Made by a program: the position numbers and the translations under genes. Below, one piece after another: positions 14,795 through 25,529 of a DNA stretch of 64,000 nt. The notes under the pieces were generated by a model that saw only the letters and a list, made by a program, of their open reading frames with translations, did not search any database and was not told the DNA's origin. Location: NCBI RefSeq assembly GCF_009914755.1, contig NC_060928.1. One strand, written 5' to 3'. Source of the stretch: the human T2T-CHM13v2.0 reference genome, Homo sapiens. Within the stretch, counting starts at the first letter, position 1. Every line of letters starts with the position of its first letter.

Positions 14795-16164
14795 TTTGGC
14801 ATATTTATATGTTGTCATGTGATATAATTGAAGGGTGATCCACAGTCTGCTGCTAGAACTTCTGAAGTTCTGTTAGAGTAGAATCAGTGTTAGAGTTCTG
14901 CTGAAAGTAGGGAAGGAGAGGTAGTTTGTGTATTTGTTTTAACCTGTATGTCCTCATATTTGTCTGAGAGGAAGAAGAGCAAATAATACTTATAAATTCA
15001 CAAGGACGACTGGATCTTCACCTCCTGAAAACACAGGGCAAAGGTGGAAGCTCTGTCTGGCTGTCGTCGACATAGCCTGACGATATTATGGAGAGGCTGT
15101 CAGGTAGAAAACACCAGTGCAAACCACATCATGACTGTCAAGAATCTGGCTCCATGTTTAAGAAATCCAGAAAGTTGCCTGGGAAAGAGTAATACCAGAA
15201 GCTTCCTTGGATTATTTATTTGATAAGATCTCTTCTCAGTGCTTCTGAAGAGAAAGAGAGAGACAAAAGATGGTATTGACAAAAAGTTCTAGCTGTTTCA
15301 AAGGAAATCCATGTGGTTTGCATGCCTTATATAGCTCTTCCTAAAAAAGGAAGACAGCTGTTTGCTGAAGGAAGGCCCAGACTACTGTGGCCAGGAGCTT
15401 CAGGCCACTAATTACAGTTTCAGAGGCATCAGAGAAGCCAAATTCTTTAAAATTTGTCTCACATCCTTCAAAATCTCTAATTTCTTCTAAGTGTGGACTG
15501 CTTCTCATGACCTCAGATAGACCTAGAAGGATCCGATATGTCACTACCTTTCCATGGAGTCATTATTATCCTTTTTACTAATGGGAAGTCAAATGCAGTG
15601 CTCTTGATGAGTGCTTGGTGAGTTTTTCACCCCAAATAGAGCTCCAAGCAAATGTTACACACATTTTGGTAGTCAGTTAACTGGAAGAACCTTTCTCCAT
15701 TAGCAATGACATGTTGGCACTGGAGAGTGTGGTTAAGCTGGACAGCACAAGAATAGGACTCGGAACACTTCAGCTCTTCTTCTCACTCAAGTATTAATTG
15801 CCTGTGTGATCTTGAAAGGGGTCCCACACCTATATTATCATTAGGCTTTTTTTTTTCTACATAAGAAGAGTTGACTGAGATCACTTCCAAGGCAACTGCC
15901 AAGTATAAATTACATAATTTTTAATTTTAGAGATAACTTTTTTGCAGTGAAAAACACCAATAGCAATAATTCATAACATTCAAGTAGGCCACATATGCCA
16001 GAATGGAATACCCATGGTCATGGTTATAATTCTTTATAATATGAATACATATATGTTGACCTATATTTTGGTAAATATTTTACATATAAAATGATAGCAA
16101 ATAGTTTATGAATAACATTTAGTTGTTAAATATTGAACCATTTCTAAATATCCTATAATACAAT

Positions 16165-16410
16165 TATAACAATAATGATGATGGTAGGTAGTATTTATTG
16201 AGCACTTCTTATATGCCGCCACTGGCAAAATGCTTGAGATACAGTCACTCATGTATTCCTCAAACCGTCCTCGATGTTAAAAAAATTATAACTCTCATTT
16301 TACAAATTAGAAAATTGAGTCAAGACTATACAGCTGAAATGTGGCAGAGTTAGAATTTAAGCCAAGGCAAGCTGGCTCCATATTCAGTGCTCTTAAACAC
16401 TCTACATTTT
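16165..16410 (-). mobile_element. MIR (near full length)
   Basis: tatttattgagcactt...cattttacaaattagaaaattgag...ggcagagttagaatttaagccaaggca...gtgctcttaaacact. Confidence 0.85.
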
Positions 16411-16489
16411 AACACTGAAGTTATACTTGGAGAGCAAGATAGCCCAACAATTTATTTTATAATATTATAATGAAAAAAAAATACCAAGT

Positions 16490-16630
16490 AAAATGAGCTC
16501 AAATTCTAATTGTGTCATTTATTACTTCTTTAATCTTGGAAAATGTTTAATCCTCTTAGTATTCAGTTTTTTCACCTGTAAAATGGGGATAATATTCAGA
16601 ATCATCAAATGGGTTTGATGAAATAAAAAT
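16490..16630 (+). mobile_element. MIR core fragment
   Basis: tcagttttttcacctgtaaaatggggataat core. Confidence 0.8.
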
Positions 16631-16649
16631 TTATGTTTTAGCAAATATA

Positions 16650-17370
16650 TACTGGTAAGAGGTATCCAGTAGTAAACAGAACAAAGTTTATGCCATCATG
16701 GAGCTGGAAAAATTGTAGGGAGATAGACATTTTTTAAAACATACAAGTAACAGGATAATTACAAAGAATGATCAGTGAGTGAATGCTTTCCTTATCTGTT
16801 GCTGTGTAACAATACAACAATAAATAAAGGGATTCTGAAAAGGCACAGTGAAGATGGTTCTTTGCTCAATGGAATGATTTGAGTACCTGAAGGGTAGAAC
16901 AACTGGGGCTGGAGAATGGGTTTCCAAGAGAGCTTCATTGCCTACATATAGAGTACCAGGACTGGGATGGCTCAAACTCACCCCGGCTCAGTGAGAATGT
17001 GAACATGTGGCATCTCCAACATGTCAAGATATCTGTAGAATTAAAATAGGAGATGTGAAGATACGGAGTGACTAGCAGATTAATTTGGAGAGTGTTCAAG
17101 GAAGCGTCTCTGAAGAATTAATGAAGAGCTGAAGAGGGAAAAGGATCCAGTCAAATAAAGATGATGAAGGATAATTCCAGGCAGAGCTAGTGCAAATGTT
17201 CTGTGGAGAAAATACGAAGCCTGGTAGGATGGGGAATGAGATAAAGCCAATGATTTGTACAGAGGCCAGATTAAGTGGTGTTATGCCAGGTTAGAGTTAG
17301 GAGCTTATTATAGTTCCGATGGGAAGCCATTCGAAGGTTTTGAGTAGGAGAATGACAGAATCTTAAACTA
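16650..17370 (-). mobile_element. L2 3' region interrupted by an MLT1 LTR fragment (~16785-17030)
   Basis: L2 motifs (gccatcatggagct, tccaggcagag, gggaagccattcgaaggttttgagtaggagaatgac) flank an MLT1 start tatctgttgctgtgtaacaa. Confidence 0.7.
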
Positions 17371-17819
17371 AAAGAAATAAATGAAAAGAAAACAAGGAAC
17401 ACAAGAAAACAAACAACAGGAAAATGGAATCCATCCTCAATTTCTTCTGACTACATCTGCTATAATCCAACTTCAGTATCTTCACAGCAGATGCTACTTA
17501 CCAATTATCTTCATCTTCTATGCTGATAATTTATGAAATAAAATATTTGCCTTTAATCTCCAAATAATATGTGTACACCATGTTTACAAGATTAGTATAC
17601 ATCTAAAATGGGAATGAAATATTTGGGAGTTGCTGAATCTCATAAACTAATACTGATTTAACTCCAAAAATAGACAAAAGCATTTCATTCATGTGTCATT
17701 CATTCAAGCATCCATTCACTAAGCGATTTTTCCATTGATCTCCAGATATCAATAAACCAGTATCATAAAAATGAGTGTGACAGTTTCTGCTTGCATGGCA
17801 TTCCTATGACACACAGTAA

Positions 17820-17855
17820 TTTCCCTTTCTTTCTTTCCTTCTTTCTTTCTTTCCT

Positions 17856-17910
<55 letters not shown>

Positions 17911-18068
17911 CTTTCTCTCTCTCTTTCTCTTTCTCTCTTTCTTTCTCTTTCTCTCTTTCTCTCTCTTTCCCTCCCTTCCTCCCTTCCTTTCCTCCTCCCT
18001 TCCTCCCTTCCTTCCCTCCCTTCCTTCCTTCCTTGCTTCATTCCTTCCTTCCTTTCTTTCTTCCTTTC
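17820..18068. repeat. Compound (TTTC)n/(TC)n/(TTCC)n polypyrimidine microsatellite
   Basis: About 250 nt of almost pure C/T on the + strand. Confidence 0.98.
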
Positions 18069-18944
18069 CATCTGATATTCCAAAGCAGAAAACACTGAAG
18101 ATTTTTTGGAAAACTATATGTCCTGTAAAAAATACACTTAAACTAATTAAAATGAAATTGGTTTCAAGTCTTTGTATTTTGACCCAAAAAGGTTTTGCCA
18201 TAGTCATAGAAAAAGATCTGCATTTGGTGCTTCTAACAAGTGTGATTTCAGCAAACTGAAAATGGAAGTATTCCTTATGGTCTTTCTGTGCAGAGTATTT
18301 GTCCATTGTCAACAGTCCTCAGGAACTGGATTCCTTCCATGTGAAAGAAATTCCAAAATGCAATACATTCCTTAGCTTCCAAAGCAGAACCAAAAGTCTA
18401 GACAATCGTTCTCGGTGAATGACACATACACACACAATTTGCAGAGAGGACTGGTGACAAATGTCTTAGCAATTTTTTTTCCAGTTTGTTGTTATCTCTC
18501 ATTCTGTACCTCATTGGAAAATAACTACAGACTTTTCAAGGCAAATATATTCGTCCAGATTTAAAAGCTAATCATTTAAAGTCTAATATTGGCCAAAGTG
18601 AATAATTGGTTCTTTGTAATCTATGGATGGCTTTCCAAATGAAACTGATCCTTTCATTATCATATCAACCATAAAGTTATTTGTGATGTCAGAGTCTCAA
18701 AACCAATATTATTGGAAGTCAATTTTTTATTTTTGTTTTTTTCTGAACCATACATTTAAATATTTGAAGCTAAGTTTTTTTCTATGCTATCTTGACTAAA
18801 ATCATGAATGCAGAATTTATATCAGTGACCATTCCCCCCACAACTTTCCTCCCAAAATTCATGCAAGCACCCAGACTCACATTAAACCTTCCATGCACAG
18901 CCATAATAACCATGTTATTCTACTTCCTGTCTGTATTGCTATAT

Positions 18945-19155
18945 TAACTAGTGGTTTAGGATATGATGTCTAGAGTAAAATAGCTGGGGCCCATTTCTGT
19001 CTGCACCTCTTATTTTCTGTGTGACCTTAACTTCTGTGTCTCAGTATTCTCATGGAGACATGATGCCAACATTATGTTATTATGATAATTAATTTAGTTA
19101 GTATATGTAAAGTACTTAGAAGTGCCTGGAACACCATTAATATTTAACCAATGCA
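18945..19155 (+). mobile_element. MIR
   Basis: tagtggtttag...ctgtgtgaccttaacttctgtgtctcagt...atgtaaagtacttagaagtgcctggaacac. Confidence 0.75.
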
Positions 19156-21760
19156 ATATTCCTAGGAATTCAGTTAGATTTTTTTTTCTGTTGTTTTGTT
19201 TTGTTTTCTGGGTTCTCATTTTCCTTCTTAGTGTCCCTGTCTGCTTTCTTGTTTCCAAAACTAGGATTACAACCTCTCATTCTTAATAACATACATAATA
19301 TGGTGTATTATTATTATGTATGTTCTCTTATTTTGCTCCTTTGTTAAAGGCCACTGATAGCTTCACACCGAAGTTCAACTATTTCCTGCATATGAGGGAG
19401 ACTGAGGAGCAAAGAGAGTGTTGGAATCACCAGCATTAGAGGTGCAGGGGGCTTTCCAGAGGACAAAGAACTCTGGGATGTAATCCATGGATTATTGTCA
19501 TAGAGGTATCTGACTAGGTATCAAAAAGACTTTCAAACAGTCTGTTCGTAGATCCATCAATTCAACATGAGGGTCAGAGCAATGTGAGATATCAAAACAT
19601 AAAATATAATTCTCTTGACTCTAACAAGCTTTTAGATGACTGTGTATATATGAGGGGGAGAGGAGAGAATGATAAATCAACTATCTAAAAATTACATTGT
19701 GTTATTAGTTTTACGTCCTTCAAGAAATACTGAAAGAATGACAGAGGCAGGAACAAAATTTGTTCACCTAAAATAGGTGAAAGTAGGAGCAAGGAAAGGA
19801 CATTGAAAATATCTGAAGATTAAAGAAATGTTATGGACCAATATGGGTATAGAGGAATAGCAGAAAATATATTAGATGAAGAGATATTGTAGTTTGGGAT
19901 GGGAATGAATGAGGTCTCAAAAGTGCAATTGGTGTCCGCATTAGGAAGGTCAACAGATTAGAAGGCCAGGTATTTCTTAGCTATATGTCCAAATATATTT
20001 GATAAATACTGTAGACAAAGACCAGGCTCTCTTAGCTATGTCATTATGGTGAGGATTGTTTTTGAGAACACAAAGCCAGAACCTGTCATTCTAGTGACAG
20101 CTACTCTGACCTTACTCAAGAGTGCAGAAAAGTCTAGCCACTCCATTTCAAATCAGTTTTAGCCCTTACACTTTGGCAGCCAAAGCAGTATGGCATGGCA
20201 AAATACAATATTTTCCACAGTGATGCTGACCAGGATAAAAATCAATTTGGCTGGAAAGAATACACATTTTTCTAGTTCTCATAACATAATTAGAAATTGA
20301 TCACAGAATAATACATGTAGCACAAATTTTGAGCACAAATTCCCCCAAAGCTTGTGCTCATCAATGAAGATGCAAGGATTAAGGATGCAGTCACACATTT
20401 GGGTGGCCTGAAGTCAGATAATCTCTCTCATCACAATTTTCCTGCCTATAGTATTGAAACTGATCAACAGTGCATCAACAAAACATCCTACTTCTGTTTC
20501 TGTGTCCTCTAGACAGAGTCTTCTATTGTAACTACAGATTGGACCAAGAGGTGGGATGCTAGATCATGTAGGCACTTGATTTATCTTTGCACCTCCAATA
20601 CTCAACATGATAAAAGCAGAGATAAGATATTCAATGGAGTTTTGTTGAATTAGTGACTGAGTTAATAAATTAATGTATAAATTGATTGTTGAAAAGATAG
20701 AAAAATGAATGATTAAATGAATAAGTGAAAAACAAATCGTGGGTTCTTCTAAGATTTTTAATGAGATAATGAATAAATGAGTTAATGAATCAAGCATTAT
20801 TTCCCCTAATTACTCTTCCTAGTAGATACTGTGACATGGAGAAAAAAATCTATGTTTTTTACAGTTAAGTCAGGTGCAGTGAGCTGGCTACTTTTGTTAA
20901 GTATGCTTGGGGTTCTGCATATTTTTCTGCCTCATTGAAGACAGGTTTGTTGTAAATGTTACCTTTATACTGATCCTTGAAGAAGGCCATCCAAAAATAG
21001 CCCAGCATGACAAGTTCATCATGCTGTTTCCTTCACTTCCCTAGGCTACTCCCCTATGAAAAATATTTTGATTTAGTTGGTTCATTTCACATGATGGCAG
21101 AATGAATTGTCATTTTATAGTGGACATCAGCAAAAGGATAAGAATTTACCATTAAAACAGAGTGAAACTGAAACTATTTTCGCCTCCCTCTGCTATCCTT
21201 GAAGATAAATGATTATGATGTCCGTGCAATTTGAAAGAATATTAAATCAGAAGCTGAAAACACCTAGCAGTTCCAACTCCCTCATATCACAAGGCTCGTA
21301 TTTTCACAGACTTGAAAAACTAAGATGATTCTTTCATTCTCATTATCATTCTCAAAAAAACAAATAGCTTGTTTGCAGCTAGTTACTTGACACATTGAGT
21401 GGAAAAAATTCCTCTTCGTTCATCATGGTCTTACACTTACAATTGGCTACATAATTTGATTTTCTTCCAGATGCTTTTCAAACATAATTGAGATAAATAA
21501 AACACCAGGCCTTAAACACTCACCAAAGAAGGAAACAAATCCATACCATAAGTATAATATTTCTGCTTTCTTATAGCTTTTAAAACTTGTTCATGTTAAT
21601 CTTAATACCTTCACCATTTATTTTTTTTTTACCTCTGAGAAGAGTGATCAGATGATGATATATTGAGCAAAAGAGCAAATGAGTCCATGTTACTCTAATC
21701 CTGATAGGAGAAGAGTAAAGAAGAGCTGAAATTTGTTTCATGCCTTTTTGTACTAAAACC

Positions 21761-22303
21761 TGCAATATATGCATAATGACCCCCTCAAAGATGTCCACAT
21801 CCTAATCCCTGGAAACTGTAAATGCATTACCTTTCATGGAAAGTATATTACCTTATATGGCATCCTAATTCCTACAAATTGTGAATATGTTATCTTATAT
21901 GATAAATGAGCATATGTGGTATATGTGATTAAGTTAATGATATTGAATTGGGTGGGTTATCGTGATAGACCCTATATAATTACAAGGGTTCTTATAAGAG
22001 GGAGGTAGGATAATAGAGAGGAAAGAAGGCAATGTGATGACAGAAGCACAGATTGGAATGATGTATCCACAAGCTTTGGAGAGTTGCTTCTTTGTCTGCC
22101 ACAAGGAATGATGAACAACAGCCCTTCAAAGCTGGGAGAGGCAAAGAATCAACTCTCTCTTGGAGTGTCTAGAAGGAAAAATCTCTGCTGACCCCTTAAT
22201 TATAGCCCTGTAAGACTCATTGCAGGAATTCTGACTGCCAGATTTGTAAGAAATTAAATTTGTGTTTGTGATAATTTGTTACAGCAGCAATAAGAAAATA
22301 AGG
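21761..22303 (+). mobile_element. MLT1D-like solo LTR with an internal tandem duplication
   Basis: aaagatgtccacatcctaatccctggaa...gtgattaagttaa...aatttgttacagcagcaataagaaa. Confidence 0.9.
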
Positions 22304-23473
22304 AAGCATCTTTGTCTTGCCTCATGAAGGATTCATAACAGTATGAAGGAGAAGTAATGTCTCCATTTTACAGTGGCACCCAATGTTTGGTGAGGCCCAC
22401 CCGAGTGCACACTGTCAAGTAATAGTGGAAGTAGGCCTTAAATAAAGATTTGTCAGACAACAAAGACTATGATTTTTTTCACAGGGCTATGCAACCAATA
22501 ATATCATCTAAATTTCTCCGTTACCATCGATGTCAAACTGATAGCTTGCTCGTGCTTCTGTGTTATCTAGGAGTCCATTCTGCTCCATAGACCATTGTTT
22601 TCATACATAGATTGTGTGGATTACCCAGAATACTTTAATTTACAAATTTTTCTTCACTCAACTACAAATTTGGAAGTTATCTGCTTTGCAAGAGAAGGCA
22701 GGGACATAGAGCAGAAAGGGGAAGAAAGTAAGAAAGTGAAAGCCAAGACAGGCCTCCTTTATGAATCGTGTCCAGGAGTCTTTTGTCCAGCAGTGTTAGA
22801 GTCTTGTGGAATGAGTGCAGGGCTTTTATTTCTCCTTTATAACTTCAACAGGAAGTTACTACAACACATGACACTTTCTGCCAAAACAGCTGACTTTGGG
22901 GATGTTCATGAAAACGATTGAAATGGATGCCTTCTCCCTGAGCTACCAGGGAGCTGTACCTAATATCTTTAAGGGCAGCTTGGCCTTCTTCCAGCAGAGA
23001 TACTATCTGATTTACTGCAGTGCCTACTGTGATGCCTGCACAGCCCAACTTCCCACCTGACCAGTGGGAAACAGCTGCAGGAACATACCCTCCCCCTCCC
23101 CTTCGCCTCACTCCAGCAGGAAGGAGGAGGCCAGCTCAACATCTGTCTTTCTTATCTGTTTCTGATGTGCACAAAATTTCACATTTTCGGGTTGTCGTTT
23201 GTCAAAGAAGCTTTCAGGCATGTAAGTCGTCCCTCCTCTACTTCTTGTTTAGATCTTTCTGCAACTCATTTGGGATCCTCAAAAAATAAAAATAATCCCT
23301 CCTTCACAGAGCTCAACTAGGGGATGTTAATGCAGAGACGTATTTTATGTATCAGTTTCTCTTAATAGATTTCCACTGTTTTCATTATAAAAATAAAGTC
23401 CTAAGGAATAGGAAAGATGAAACATGTGACTATGCTGCATTTTAGTCACCATCAAATTGGTAATGACACTTAC

Positions 23474-23590
23474 CGGTCCTGGCAAATGTGAACCCAAGGT
23501 GCTAAGAAGTACAACAGTAATTTGTGTTTCCTTTAGATTTTTCTCCATTAGTTTTTCTAGTCCCCTCTCCCCTCATCAAAAGCTTTCATT
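23474..23590 (-). other. Weaker candidate 117-nt exon
   Basis: Minus strand: ctttattcactctcag| acceptor and ccg|gtaagt consensus donor. Motif evidence only. Confidence 0.3.
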
Positions 23591-24299
23591 CTGAGAGTGA
23601 ATAAAGCATTCTTCAGCAACTGTTGTAGCTTACTCCTAGACAGTTTGATTAGTTCTAAACTTGGCGCGCTTCGTGCTATCCTGTTGTTCTGATCTGTGCA
23701 TGTGAAAGAGGAAGCAGGGACTAGTGTGGAACTGGAAAAGCTGACAAACAATACAGAGTGCCTCATGCATTTCTATAAAACCCATTATTTACAGTTAGGG
23801 TTTTTGGAAAGGAAAAAAAGCAAAGCAAAACTCTAGAATAACTATTTTAGCCTAATGCTATTTGGTCATTTGTGATGTTTGAGTTAGCCAACAAATGGGG
23901 AGGGCAGCAAAAAGGAGAAACTGTAACGTGTGCGTTTTTTTTTAAATTTAGATAAATATTTTAAATATATACCGGGAAGTTGGGGAGGAAATGCTGGTGG
24001 GAAACATACAGATAGCAGAACATCTGATAGAGAACATCAGATAAACATATAGATAATATATAGTATGATTTTAAAGTACCATTAATTATTTTGATTCCTA
24101 ATTTTTAACATGTGTGGGGGGAAAATTTTAGAAGTTAGGTTGATGAAAATAGATATGCTTATTTGTATTCTAACACAAATGTTTCTTGTCTGAAAAGATG
24201 TGCAAATTGGAAATTGTTGCTGATTTCCAGAGCAGAGGAATCCAGTGAGGTGTTTATTAGAAAATGATTCTGAAACATTGTTTGAAATAAAACTACACC

Positions 24300-24590
24300 T
24301 TTTTTTTTTTTTTCTTTGTTGCCCAGGCTGGAGTGCAGTGGTGCGATCTCAGCTCACCACAACCTCCACCTCCTGGGTTCAAGCGATTCTCCTGCCTCAG
24401 CTCGATACTCCTGCCCGAGTAGCTGGGATTACAGGCATGTGCCACCAGGCCTGGCTAATTTTGTACTTTTAGTAGAGACAGGGTTTCTCCATGTTGGTCA
24501 GGTTGGTCTCGAAGGCCCAACTGCAGGTGATCCACCCGCCTCGGCCTCCCAAAGTGCTGGGATTACAGGCGTGAGCCACCACGCCCAGCC
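24300..24590 (-). mobile_element. AluSp-like element with small indels
   Basis: Sp-type positions (tttctccatgttggtcagg, ctcacc.caacc, aattttgta). Extra cgatactcctgc; segment next to the tail is missing. Confidence 0.95.
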
Positions 24591-25529
24591 ACTTATTTTT
24601 TAATCATCATTGAAGAAGATGATAATATATAACTTTGAGTGAGACTTGGAGAACATGCCATAGATCAGCTTATACTTTGAAACTTAATCGTTTTCACCCT
24701 TTCATTGATTTCTTAATAAACCAGAACAAGTTTTATCTGCCTTAACATCACACTGATTCCTCGATTTCAGTCCTACGTGGCTACTCTTAGGTGCCCAAGT
24801 AGACCCCACAGTTTCACCTGCACTCCCTGTTGCATTCTTATCTGATGAATCTTGATCCACTTTTTCAGCCCCCACTCTCCTTCTTCCATATAGACAGCTC
24901 TCCTTTCTTAAAAACTCAATACAAACTACAACAATGAATTTCAAGGATGGCACTTAAAAAAATTAACACAAATAATATTTATCTACACATATATATATAT
25001 ATACTTTCTGTTGGTTTTCAAACTCCTCAAAAAGATGGATTGTGTCATTTTTATCTTGTATTATCTCAAGTAAATCCTACAGTGCCTAGAGCACAAATGA
25101 TAAAAAATAAATATTTATTGAAAACTAGTAAGTTTGTAGATTTTGGTTTTGATTTTCCTTGATGCAATTACATATTTATTTATAATCATAAAATACCTGA
25201 TAGAAAAAGAGAAACTATTGGTAACTGTCACTTTTTATTGAATCCACTATCTTCAAGGCTCAATGGCAATCTCTTTATTCATATTACCTCATCTAATTCT
25301 TACAACAATTTTTCATGCTTTGAAGAAAAGTTTGAATATTTACTACATGCAAATCTAAGTACACATTTATGTTTATTTTGCTTATGAGGAAAATGATGCT
25401 TAGAAAATTAAAGGTCACAGAGCTAATAAATAGAAGAACCAGTATTCAAATTTAGTTATATTTTGATGCCAACATCCCAACTTTTTAATTAAAGGGCATA
25501 ATTTGAAACAAACTATTAAAAACTGACAC

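Noticed and set aside
14854-14870. Palindrome agaacttc-t-gaagttct resembling a heat-shock element
   Set aside because: GAA/TTC spacing is 1 nt rather than the 2 nt of nGAAn arrays, and an isolated 8-bp stem is weak evidence in 64 kb.
17749-18312. 187-aa K/E/R-rich ORF and overlapping ORFs
   Set aside because: These are translations of the (GAAA)n/(GGAA)n microsatellite, which lacks stop codons by composition.
20173-20183. ttggcagccaa palindrome as an NFI site
   Set aside because: NFI requires TTGGC-N5-GCCAA; the spacer here is 1 nt.
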